Shown here: in pieces, positions 52,333 through 63,165 of the stretch
How positions within the stretch are numbered: the stretch's first letter is position 1
Layout: each line of letters starts with the position of its first letter
Source: a virus
Direction: 5' to 3' (one strand)
DNA: 64,000 nucleotides
Virus record (IMG/VR): IMGVR_UViG_3300044712_000815
Coordinates: 64,001-128,000 of that record
The notes under the pieces: model-generated
Told to the model about the DNA's origin: nothing
Seen by the model: the letters and a program-made list of their open reading frames with translations, nothing else
Database searches by the model: none
Translations under genes and position numbers: made by a program

Positions 52333-53224
52333 TAAATTTAACCAAAATAAAAAATCAGGAATTATATTTTAATGATTGTTTTGATGTATTTCCAACAATT
52401 TCAGATAAATCGGTTGATGCTATTATGGCAGATTTACCATTCGGTACAACCAATTGTCCTTGGGATAGTGTTTTACCATTAAATAAGCATATTAAATTAA
52501 CTAAAAGAAATAAAATAATTTATATTAATGAAAATGATTTTTTAATTAATCAGTATAAATTGGGAATTTCTTATAATGAAGCAAAAGAATATTTCGATAA
52601 CAATTGTTCTTTAGGTTTATGGGATCATTACAAAAGAATAATTAAAGATAATGGTGTGATATTATTGTTTGGTCAAACGCCATTTGTTGAAGTTCTTGGC
52701 AACTCCAATATTGATATGCTTAAATATGAATGGGTATGGGAAAAAACCCAAGCAACTGGTTATTTTAATGCAAAAAAGTGTCCAATGAAAGCACATGAAA
52801 ATATTTTAGTGTTTTATAATAATCCACCAACATATAATTATCAGAAAACCGAAGGACATAGCCCAATAAATACATATACGAAAAAAGTTGATGTGTGCAA
52901 CAAAACCCATGTTTATGGTAAGGTAAAAAAGGATGTTAGTGGTGGTGGTGAAACTGATAGATATCCAAGGAGTGTACAATTATTTTCTTCTGATAAACAA
53001 AAAATAAACTAAATGGTACAATTCATTCGACACAAAAACCATTAGAATTAATGAAATATTTCATCAAAACATATACCAATGAAGGTGATTTAATATTGGA
53101 TAACACAATGGGATCAGGGACAACAAATTTGGGGTCATTTATATTAAATAGGAGATCAATAGGAATTGATAATGATAAGACATCTTTTGATAAAGCAGTA
53201 AAAAGAATTACTGATTATATTTAA
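52329..53224 (+). pseudogene. N6A/N4C DNA methyltransferase (beta class), frameshifted at the A6 run 52999-53004
   Basis: DLPFG and WVWEK in the first frame; HSTQKP..ILDNTMGSGTT in the -1 frame ending at TAA 53222-53224. Confidence 0.85.
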
Positions 53225-53253
53225 AAATAAATGAAAAAATATTACCAAATATA

Positions 53254-53284
53254 GTTGATAATCAAATTATTTTTCGTATCTTTG
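53254..53284 (+). promoter_or_regulatory. Bacteroidota-type primary-sigma promoter
   Basis: GTTG-N19-TATCTTTG (-33/-7 consensus TTTG..TAnnTTTG). Confidence 0.65.
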
Positions 53285-53307
53285 TAGCATAATTAAAACA
53301 ACAAAAA

Positions 53308-53982
53308 ATGAAAGATCGTATTGAATTACTAATAAAATTAGGATTATCTGAAAAACAAGCAACAGATTTTGTTGAAAATATCGCAAATGAAGCATATTCT
53401 GATGGTTATGTGGAAGGTATGACAGATGAACCTGCAATAATTGGTGAAAGTTTAGGAAAATCTGGTATGGATTTTTTTGAATGGTGGAACATTAAAATGA
53501 AAAATGAAAATAAACCACTTTCTTATTCAGATATAGCATTACATATGTTAGTAAAAGATGAACTTGGTAGAATCGGAAAAGTCATTATAAATGATGATAT
53601 TGATAATATTAAAATATCATTTAGTAAAGATCACTGTGAATACTTTTCACTTAGGTCCGATAATAATGATGGTTTATCCAAATTATATAAAGCATAATTA
53701 AAAACAACGAAAATGACTTACGAATCAGAACAAGTATTTGTGTATCTTTTTGATAGGGGATGGGTTGATAATGATGGTGTTTGTTACAGAACTGGCAAAT
53801 ATTTAAACAACACCGGATATTATAGTGAAACGTTTAAGGATAATAAAATATACCATTGTGGAAACGGTGATTGGGATAATATTCCAAAACCAATTTCTAA
53901 AAAATTAGTAGCAGAACATATTGACCAATATAATTCAGAAAACTTAGATAGAGACATATACGAACAGTGGAATCTTCTTTAA
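53308..53982 (+). CDS. Two putative early hypothetical proteins (53308-53697, 53713-53982)
   Basis: Lie between a host-type promoter and a terminator; near-identical leaders. Confidence 0.65.
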
Positions 53983-53988
53983 AGGCAT

Positions 53989-54017
53989 AAAAAAAAGCTT
54001 CAAATTGAAGCTTTTTT
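53989..54017. terminator. Bidirectional terminator
   Basis: aaaaaaagcttcaa-a-ttgaagctttttt between convergent genes. Confidence 0.85.
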
Positions 54018-54025
54018 ATTTTTTA

Positions 54026-56249
54026 TTATCCTAGATTACTTTTTAATTTTTTTATTAAATTAAGTCGTCTTAATAATTTTTTTTCTTTTTTATTTAGATC
54101 ACCATCATTATCCATTTTAGCGTGTAATTCATCAATTTTATCACTAATTTTATCCATTGGAATAATTTCATCTTCGGATACATCCAACAATTTTTTAAGT
54201 TTTGTTGGTTCATCCAAATTTCGTTTAGCCCAATCAGCGTCTTTTTGTGCTTGTTTTTTTAATTTATTGGCTTTTTTAGCTTTCTTTTTGAGTTTTTTTT
54301 CTGAATCGTCATCACTATTTTCAAAAATAAAGTTTTCATATATTTCTACGTGTTTCATAAAATTGAAAATTATTTTTTCTTACCAATTGGTTTTTTGGTA
54401 ATTTTTCTATCATCATCATAGATTTTACATTTTTTGTCTTTTTTACAATCTTTATCTTTAACTTTTACATCATCATCTTCATCATCAATATCATCTAATC
54501 TAACTTTTTTTTCATTGATAATGTCTTTACCAGTTTCTGTACGTTTAGAATGTTTTTGATCATTCTTTGGTAAATCACTTTTACCAAAATCATCAAGACT
54601 AATTAAATTATGCAATTTGCCATTAGAAATAACATCTTTTGATTTTGGTTTTTCATTTACATCTTTAGACCAATCTTTAGGATAATCATTTGATTCAGCT
54701 AATATATCTTTAGCCACTTCAGTGTGTTTTGTTGGTTTTGCTTTTTTGCAAACCTTGTCACAAGAAAATTCTTCTATTCCAAGAAGGTTATTTAATTTTT
54801 TGTCCATTGTCTTTAATTATTTTTTTGTATATATAAATATTTTTTAATTTTTTTCTTCTTTACCACAAATTTCATCTTTAATCTGATCTAAATCTTTAGA
54901 TGCACCTTTACCTTTAACCCAATATTTATTGATGTTATCGAAAAATTCTTTCTTTTTTTCTTCTGATAATTTAGCAGGTGATTTTTCATCATAACAATTA
55001 TTAAGAATAAATTTAAAAAATTCTCTATATTCTTTTTGCAAATCAGATAATTGTTGTTCATTTACACTATCCATATATTGTCCAAAATCTTTAATCTTGT
55101 TCATACGTTATTCTTTTTTTTATTATATATTAATTTTTAAAATCATTTTTTTTTATCATATAATTTTAAATTTCTCGTGATTAAATTACCTTTTAATTTT
55201 TCAGTTTTCTTTGATCCATCTTCAAAATATATTTCAATTTCAAATTCATCAAATTTAAGACCAAAATCTTGATATTCAATAATATCATAATTTGTTGATA
55301 ATATAATCACATTTTTGTTGTGATATAATCCACGTCTACCTATGTAATATTCTTTAAATAACATTATATTTTTTTCCTTTTTGTATCATATTATATTTTT
55401 CCATTTCAATATTTGTTGGAAATTTTAAATTTTTAATATATGCAGTAAAAATTTCACCTTGATGTTTTAAACCTATTGGTGGATTTGAACCCATAAATCG
55501 AGTATATAATAATAAATCAGTTGGCACATCATCATATTTAACATTATAAAAATAATCGTAATCACCCAATTCTTTACTATATATTATACCAATATTATTA
55601 TTTAAAAATTTTTTAATTTCTTCCAACCAATTATCATCAGGAATTATTTTTACAATATCCCCAACTTGATATAATATATCATTTTCAAATTTTTTAATAT
55701 ATTTCATTATTGACAAATAGTATCAATTGTTTTTGCAACTTTCATCATCGAGTTGTATCTTGCTTTTTCAAACATTTCTAATGAAACATAATCGACATCA
55801 TTAAAATTAACTGTTTCATTTATATTTTTTAATTCTTTTTCTTCTTGCATTTTTTCACGCATTTGTTGCATAACTTCATTTAATCTAGCTTCTTTTTCTT
55901 CTTTACGAATTTGACGTATTTCATTTATATTTTCACCATTTATTCTTGTTTCGATATTAAATTCGTTAAGATTATAATCCTGGGAATAATTTTGTCTTTG
56001 TACTTCATTAATATTACCATATTGATTATTCTTATAAGTTTCATAATTCGCATAATTTGGTGTTTCATTTAAGCTTATATATGAATTTATATTCATAGAA
56101 TTTCCCCTAATTTGATCATATGAATTTATATTTGATGTATTCCCCCGCAATTGTTCAAATGTATATTCTTTCTTTTCAACATTCTGATATTCATCTACTT
56201 GATTTATTTTCTTAAATAAATTAAGATAATCTTGTTCACTTTGTTCCAT
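54026..56249 (-). CDS. Six small proteins, most with capsid-targeting-like N-termini
   Basis: MKHVEIYENFIFE, KLNNLLGIEEF, MNKIKDFGQY..VNE, MLFKEY, MKYIKKFE; TATATA motifs upstream. Confidence 0.6.
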
Positions 56250-56336
56250 ATCTATTTAATTGATTTTTAATGTATATATTAAAATTTTCATTTTAACTCT
56301 AATATATTTATATATATTAAAATTTAAAAATAAAAT

Positions 56337-56936
56337 ATGGCAACAAAAGCGGATAAAGAAGAATTTCAAGAAAGTATAGAAAGACTTAAAAATGAAATAG
56401 TGGAAACTCAAGATGAGTTGGATTTTGATCCAACTGATTTTTTTCCAGATACACAAAATGTAGATTTAAATTTAAAAATTGAAATGCATGATTATGAAAA
56501 AGATTTAGAACTTATTAGATCAGAATCAAAAGAAACATTAGAATGTCTTGCTAATCTTTATTTAAATGATGAAACTATGAATAATAAAAACATTAATAAT
56601 ATTATAACCCAAGATGCACTTGCACTATCAGATTTAAAATTTTCAATATCATGTTCAAAAAGGGGCTTAATTAATTTAATGAAGCAAATTGATAATGGTA
56701 GTACTGATGCTGATTTATTTCAAGCAGTATCAATGTTTCAGAGGGAAATGAAAGAAGGCATTAATATGCTTTATAAATTACAAAAAGATATGAAAGATTT
56801 TTTTAAAGACCTTAAAGGTGAACTTAAAGAAATAAATATTGGTGATGTTGAAGTCCAAGATAAATATAAAGGACTTAGAATCACTGATCGGGATATTAAC
56901 AAATCGTTAGATAAAATAATGAAAGAAAAAAAATAA
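56337..56936 (+). CDS. Possible terminase small subunit (gp16-like)
   Basis: Helical 199 aa; LINLMKQIDNG..ADLFQAVSMFQRE resembles the gp16 core (recalled); late-type motif upstream. Confidence 0.4.
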   Translation: MATKADKEEFQESIERLKNEIVETQDELDFDPTDFFPDTQNVDLNLKIEMHDYEKDLELIRSESKETLECLANLYLNDETMNNKNINNIITQDALALSDLKFSISCSKRGLINLMKQIDNGSTDADLFQAVSMFQREMKEGINMLYKLQKDMKDFFKDLKGELKEINIGDVEVQDKYKGLRITDRDINKSLDKIMKEKK

Positions 56937-56940
56937 TTTA

Positions 56941-59150
56941 TCAGTTTAAATTTTCTTTCGCATTAAAATATTTATCATATAAAAATTCTGCGGTATATTG
57001 ATATCTCTTATCGTTCATTTTATCAATATCTAACAATATATCCTGATTGTTATCAAAATATTTTTCAAGATATGCTTTGGTATCATCTAATTGTTTAAAG
57101 GATTTTTCACTAATTCCATTAACTTCACAAATTATATTCATTAAATGATCAAATACATCATCTACATAATTTCTTACACCATATTTAAAGCCAAATGAAT
57201 TTGTTTTATATTCTTTTGGTTCTTTATATCTTTCATTTATAGATTCTAAATATTTCATTTTAATTTTGTATAATTAATACATTTACAGTACCTTGCGACA
57301 CCACATTTATTTCACCACCAAATTTTTCTTTCAATTCTGCTAATAATTTAGATGTTGTGGTTACACCAACAGTAACATCACGCTTCATATATACTGATAC
57401 TTTTTTACCAGTAGCATAATTTGCAATAAATATCACATAATCATTTGCATCCAATTGTTTTTCTGGATAGTTTTCATTTTTGTCTATAATAATACCATTT
57501 AATTTATTATTATCAAAAAACATTTTAATTTGATCTACTATACTAGTATTTGTATTCTCTTTTAAGAAATCAAAAAAATTTTTAATTGTTTTCATATATA
57601 TTTCATATTATTTTTTCTTTGATAGTAATGATGTTAAATCGTTAATAAATTTATCTTGTAATTTTAAATTTTCAATTATTACAAAGTTATTATTACCTTT
57701 AACTTTAATACCTTCTATTATTTTTTTCATATCAGGTTTTGATGTATAATATTTAAACAAACCATTAACAAATTCATTTAAATTAACATTTAAACTTTCA
57801 TTATATTTAACAATGTGCAATTCATTATCTTTTTTTCTAATAAAATAATCGGTATTAGAATATTTTGTTTTTATTGTTTCCATAATATCCTTAATATTTC
57901 CATCATTAAATTTAATAATTCTTTCTTCTAATATTTCAATACCTATATTAGTAGATTTTGGTGTTAATAAAACTTCTTCTTTGATTTGTTCATCATTTCT
58001 GATTGACACCTTAACACTGTTTGTTTGTTCACTATATTTTTTAATCATTGTCCTTTTTTATTTTTATTATATATTAATAAATAATAGTCATTTTTTTAAA
58101 AACTAAAAAAGGGACTTTCATTAAAAATGAAAATCCCTTCTTTTTAGTTTCAATATTTTTAATAATGTGTAATTGTTATATCACCCACACCATTTTTATA
58201 TTGTGAATTAGGATTGATTACAGATACGATCTTACTCAATATTCTTGCATCTTTTCTTGTTACCTCAACACCATAAGCTTTAGGTATAATCAATTTATCT
58301 TTATTTATATCATATTTTATTGTATAATCTTTTGAATTATTCATCCATTTACGATTATAATCAATTACAATATTTAAATAATCAGTATCAGATTTAAATA
58401 TTGATTTTTCAGATTTTTTTGATATATCTTTTATTTTACCCAAACACAATTCAGAATCAATAAATTCAGAAAAAACACTATTTTTTAATAGTTTATTTGA
58501 TCTATTATTTTGTTTTAAATCATCCATCTTTCTTGCGGCACTAAGAATTGTATCGCTAGATAATTCTGTAATAAAATCTTCGAATAGTTTAATTTTCATA
58601 TTTAAATTTAAATTTAAATTTCTTGTGCAGGCACTTGTGCTGCTGCTGTTTGTGCTTGTTGTTGTCCTTGTACTTGAACTGCTGGTTTTTGTGCATCTGT
58701 ATTTTGTACAGGTGCAGTTTGTGCTGCTGCAGTATCAACATCGTCTGTTCCTGCTGGTTGTGCTTGAACTTGTGATTGTGCTTGTGTTTGTGCTTGTGTT
58801 TGTGCTGGAACTTTGTCACTACCTGTTACAATTTCAACAGGAAGATTTTCAATATTCAAATAATTTTCATTTGCCCATTGTACCAATCTTTCTGCCAATC
58901 TTTTTTCACCCATATCAGCACGTAAATCTTTACCTGTTTGATCTTTTACTTTTTTAATGTAAGTACTAACTAAAGATTTTGGAAGATCAACATCAACTGA
59001 CACACGATAGAAATCATCAATAGCATCAACCATTTCATTTACTTGTGTTGTTTCACCATTAATTGCAACATCTTCATTTGTTATTGATTCTTGTATAGAA
59101 GATTTCTTTTTACCTTTGAAATCGTCAAAACTAAAAATATTATTTACCAT
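56941..59150 (-). CDS. Five proteins with capsid-targeting-like N-termini
   Basis: MKYLESINE, MKTIKNFFDFLKE, MIKKYSE, MKIKLFEDFITE, MVNNIFSFDDF; the last has a Q/A-rich tail. Confidence 0.65.
58101..58150 (-). terminator. Terminator-like hairpin
   Basis: aactaaaaaaggga-ctttcatt..aatgaaa-atccct..tttttagtt. Confidence 0.6.
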
Positions 59151-59261
59151 TTTATCTAAATTATTTTTTATGTATATATTAATTTTTTATTGTTATTTTT
59201 TCATTTTAGAAAAACAACTTAAAATTAGTTTGATCTATATATAAAATTAATTTTTCATTTT

Positions 59262-59293
59262 TTTGAATTATTTAAAATAAATTATTATCTTTG
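59262..59293 (+). promoter_or_regulatory. Bacteroidota-type primary-sigma promoter upstream of nadE
   Basis: Exact TTTG-N20-TATCTTTG. Confidence 0.7.
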
Positions 59294-59307
59294 TCAAAAA
59301 ATTAGAT

Positions 59308-61221
59308 ATGAAAATTTCCGTAGCACAGTTAGATATTATTGCAGGACATCCTGATGTTAATGTATCTAAAATCTTATTAGAAATTGAAAAAGCAAGAAAT
59401 AATAATGTTGACATTATTGTTTTTTCCGAAATGACCGTTCCTGGATATTTGATTGGTGATGAGTGGGAAAATGCATCTTTTATAAAAGATTGCTTTTCAT
59501 ACAACGAAACAATTAAAAATGCAACAGAAGGAATCATTGCAATTTGGGGAAATGTTGATATTGATTTTGATCTAAAAAATGAAGATGGTCGTATTCGTAA
59601 ATATAATGCTGCTTTCATTGCCCAAAATTGTGAATATGTTAAAAAAATAATACCACATTCAACAAAAGGTGTTGAAAATTTATCAAATGGTAGAACATAT
59701 AAAACATTAATGCCAAAATATAGGGAATTCGATGATGAACGACATTTTTATTCTCTACGTAAATTAGTACAAGATAAGGGTTCTGATATTGATAATAATA
59801 TATTACCATTTTTAGTCAATATAAATGGTGAATATAAAAGAATTGGTATTATATTATGTGAAGATATGTGGTCAGATGATTACACGATTAATCCAATTGA
59901 CATATTACTCAAATATAATTCGGATGTTATAGTAAATTTATCTTGTTCACCTTGGACATGGAGGAAAAATAATAAACGACATTCGGTTGTTCGTGGAAGA
60001 ATTAAAAACAAACCAACATATTTTGTTTATTGTAACAATACAGGAACACAAAATAACGGAAAGAATATATTCTTATTTGATGGTGGTTCTACTATTTATA
60101 ATCCGGATGGATCATTATTGTGTGTAGCTAAAGATTACACAGAAGAAACAATAACAGCTACATTATTTGCTGATAAAATATCATTATCAAATCCTGAAAT
60201 TACAACAGATCAAGATAAAAAAGAATTATTTAACGGTTTAGTATATGGCATTAAAAAATTCTTTGATACTTTACCTAGCAAAAAAGCTGTAATTGGATTG
60301 AGTGGTGGTGTGGATTCTGCATTAGATATATGTTTACTTGTTGAAGCTCTTGGTGCTGAAAATGTTTATGCTATCAATATGCCTAGTAAATTTAATTCTA
60401 ATACAACCAAAGATGCCGCACTATTACTAGCAAAAAATCTTGGTGTTCATTATAGTGTAATTTCAATTCAAAAAACTGTCGAAAACACTATTTCTGAAAT
60501 AAATAATAGTCATTTTGTTCGATTAAATGATACTGGTGCAATAACACCACTCAATTTATCAGGATTGAATATCGAAAATATTCAAGCACGTGATCGTGGT
60601 TCACGAGTTTTAGCTGGTGTGGCATCAGCATTGGGTGCAGTTTTTATTAATAACGGAAATAAAACTGAAACAGCATTTGGATATGCAACATTATATGGTG
60701 ATATTAATGGTGCAATAGCACCATTAGCGGATTTATATAAACACGAAGTTTATGAATTAGCTAAGTATTACAATATATTAAAAAGAAAAGAAATTATACC
60801 TTCTATCATATTGAATATTGTGGCATCAGCAGAATTAAGTGATGATCAGAATGTGGATGAAGGTAAAGGGGATCCTATCATTTATCCATATCACGATAAA
60901 TTAGTACGTGCATTTGTTGAATTTAGACTTGATCCTGAAGATATTCTTCGTTTATATAGTGAAAGAAAATTGGCTGAAACCTTTTTATGTGATCAAAAAT
61001 TAATTGACAATTTTAGTGTTGAAAATTTTATTATTGATCTAGAACAAAAATGGAAAGCTTACAAATTAGCAATATTCAAAAGAATACAAGCACCACCGAT
61101 TATTGCAGTTTCAAGAAGGGCATTTGGATTTGATTTGCGTGAATCACAAAATAGTGTTCATTTTACTCAAGAATATTATAAATTAAAAAAATTGTTACTT
61201 GAAAAATATAAATTAAACTAA
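59308..61221 (+). CDS. nadE: Glutamine-dependent NAD+ synthetase
   Basis: Nitrilase domain (FSEM, K..MP.Y.EFDDERHF, LCEDMW); GLSGGVDS, ENIQAR, GNKTE..GYATLYGD. Confidence 0.95.
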   Translation: MKISVAQLDIIAGHPDVNVSKILLEIEKARNNNVDIIVFSEMTVPGYLIGDEWENASFIKDCFSYNETIKNATEGIIAIWGNVDIDFDLKNEDGRIRKYNAAFIAQNCEYVKKIIPHSTKGVENLSNGRTYKTLMPKYREFDDERHFYSLRKLVQDKGSDIDNNILPFLVNINGEYKRIGIILCEDMWSDDYTINPIDILLKYNSDVIVNLSCSPWTWRKNNKRHSVVRGRIKNKPTYFVYCNNTGTQNNGKNIFLFDGGSTIYNPDGSLLCVAKDYTEETITATLFADKISLSNPEITTDQDKKELFNGLVYGIKKFFDTLPSKKAVIGLSGGVDSALDICLLVEALGAENVYAINMPSKFNSNTTKDAALLLAKNLGVHYSVISIQKTVENTISEINNSHFVRLNDTGAITPLNLSGLNIENIQARDRGSRVLAGVASALGAVFINNGNKTETAFGYATLYGDINGAIAPLADLYKHEVYELAKYYNILKRKEIIPSIILNIVASAELSDDQNVDEGKGDPIIYPYHDKLVRAFVEFRLDPEDILRLYSERKLAETFLCDQKLIDNFSVENFIIDLEQKWKAYKLAIFKRIQAPPIIAVSRRAFGFDLRESQNSVHFTQEYYKLKKLLLEKYKLN

Positions 61222-61232
61222 TTTTTTACATT

Positions 61233-61409
61233 ATGACTAAAATAATAATATCAATTGTACTATTGATTGCTGGTATAGGTTTAGGTTTTGTATCATTCAA
61301 TCATGTTAATCCTTGGTTAGGACTTTTAATAACAATATCCAGTATTGGATTATTTTTAATCTACATTTATAAACAAATAATAAAAACAAAAACAAATGAA
61401 AAAAAGTAA
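61233..61409 (+). CDS. Small two-TM membrane protein (not in the ORF track)
   Basis: MTKIIISIVLLIAGIGLGFVSFNHVNPWLGLLI... Confidence 0.6.
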   Translation: MTKIIISIVLLIAGIGLGFVSFNHVNPWLGLLITISSIGLFLIYIYKQIIKTKTNEKK

Positions 61410-62226
61410 ATTTATTTTTATGCTATCTATGGTTGCCTTAATGACAATCATTACAAGTTGTGAACGTGTTGCACCAAATTATCAAGGTGTATTGATGGAA
61501 AATTATGGTAAAAACGGAAAAGCTGATTTTTCTCTTCAAAAAGGTCGTGTTTGGACTGCTGCACCAGGAACTGAACTATTTCAAGTACCTTTATGGGAAC
61601 AACGTGGCGATTACGGTGATAGAATTCTCCATCTTAAATCTGCTGATAATACCGAATTTTCTAGCCGTCCAATGTATTCATTTAAAGCTATCGAAAATCG
61701 TTGTGTTGATTTAGTATTTCAAAATAAACAATTGGGTGCTAATTCTGATTTTATGACAACTTTGATGGATAATATCTTAGAAACTAAAATTTATGATGTA
61801 ATGAAGGAAGTTTCCCGTAGTTATACAACACAAGCACTCATGGAAACCACCACATTACCTGATGGCACAACTACTAGTGGATCACTTAAATATGAAAAAG
61901 CTGTACAAGAAATTATATTGAAAGAATTTGAAAGCAAAGGATTAGAACTTATGACATTTAGTTGTCAACTTGAATTTACCGCAGCAGTTACAGCTAAAAT
62001 AGATAATCGTAACGAAGTAAATACAAATATTTCAGTTATTGAACAAAAAATTGTTGAACAAACAAAACAACTTGAATTATCTAGAATTCTAGCAGAAATT
62101 GAAATGGTTCCACTTATTGTTGCAAAAAAGAATAATGTTCTTGATGAATATATCAAATTAAGAGCATATCAAATTTGGGATGGTAAACAACCACTTTATG
62201 GCAATACACCATTCTTGATAAAATAA
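61396..62226 (+). CDS. SPFH/Band-7 domain lipoprotein
   Basis: ITSC lipobox, RVAPNYQGVLMENYG, C-terminal WDGKQP. Confidence 0.8.
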   Translation: MKKSKFIFMLSMVALMTIITSCERVAPNYQGVLMENYGKNGKADFSLQKGRVWTAAPGTELFQVPLWEQRGDYGDRILHLKSADNTEFSSRPMYSFKAIENRCVDLVFQNKQLGANSDFMTTLMDNILETKIYDVMKEVSRSYTTQALMETTTLPDGTTTSGSLKYEKAVQEIILKEFESKGLELMTFSCQLEFTAAVTAKIDNRNEVNTNISVIEQKIVEQTKQLELSRILAEIEMVPLIVAKKNNVLDEYIKLRAYQIWDGKQPLYGNTPFLIK

Positions 62227-62244
62227 TCAAAATCAAAAATATTG

Positions 62245-62280
62245 AAAAGACCCGAATATCTGATATTCGGGTCTTTTTTA
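62245..62280 (+). terminator. Rho-independent terminator
   Basis: aaaagacccgaatatc-t-gatattcgggtctttttt. Confidence 0.9.
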
Positions 62281-62325
62281 TTAAACTTATTTATAAAATA
62301 ATTATAAATAAACATAAAAATTAAT

Positions 62326-63165
62326 ATGCATTTTTTAAATATTAAAATAAATATAATCGTTTCTGTATCAGAAAATTGGGTTATTGGTAAGAATAATAAA
62401 TTATTGTGGAATTTGAAAAGTGATCTTAAACGATTTAAAGAACTTACGACAGGTCATCCAATAATAATGGGTCAAAGAACATTTGAATCACTACCTAATG
62501 GTGCATTACCAAATAGAACAAATATCGTATTAACTGATGATCTTAATTTTACCGCACCAAATGTTGTAATTGTACACGATATTGATGATGCTTTACATTT
62601 AGCAGAAGGATTTTGTGGTGATAGTGATGATGTCTTTATAATTGGTGGTGGTATGATTTATAAACAATTTTTAGAAATTGCAGATTTTGTTTATTTAACT
62701 ACTGTACACGTAACATTAGATGGTGATACAACATTCCCAGAACTTGATAATACATGGAAATTACTTTCAGAAGAATTTAAATCAAAAGATGATAAAAATG
62801 ATTATGACCATACATATAAAATATATAAACACATAAAATATCTTTATGATGATGATGAAATATACCAAAAAATGTTAAATGAAGAATTAACCATAAACGA
62901 AAAAGAAGAACGAAAAAATTGTCCACTATGTATGGGTAAAGGGGAATATTATACTGGTGGTAGTTTTGGTGGATCAACAATATTACACAAATGTCCATGT
63001 GAACAAAATAACAAACTTGTGGATTGGAATAATTTTTCATTAGATGAACTAGCTGATTATTTAGAAAAAAAATGGATGTTTAATAGTAGTGGTGAAGCAT
63101 TAGCTATATTTAAATTGGTAGATTTTTATAGAAAACATAAAAATATAAAAAATAATAATAATTAA
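62326..63165 (+). CDS. folA: Dihydrofolate reductase with a C-terminal extension
   Basis: VIGKNNKLLW.LKSDLKRFKELT, IMGQRTFESLP, LPNRTNIVL, IGGG.IY, GDTTFP. Confidence 0.92.
   Translation: MHFLNIKINIIVSVSENWVIGKNNKLLWNLKSDLKRFKELTTGHPIIMGQRTFESLPNGALPNRTNIVLTDDLNFTAPNVVIVHDIDDALHLAEGFCGDSDDVFIIGGGMIYKQFLEIADFVYLTTVHVTLDGDTTFPELDNTWKLLSEEFKSKDDKNDYDHTYKIYKHIKYLYDDDEIYQKMLNEELTINEKEERKNCPLCMGKGEYYTGGSFGGSTILHKCPCEQNNKLVDWNNFSLDELADYLEKKWMFNSSGEALAIFKLVDFYRKHKNIKNNNN

Noticed and set aside
58589-58957. His/Lys-rich ORF (HKHKHK) and hydrophobic antisense ORF
   Set aside because: Alternative-frame shadows of the Q/A-rich repeat in 58614-59150
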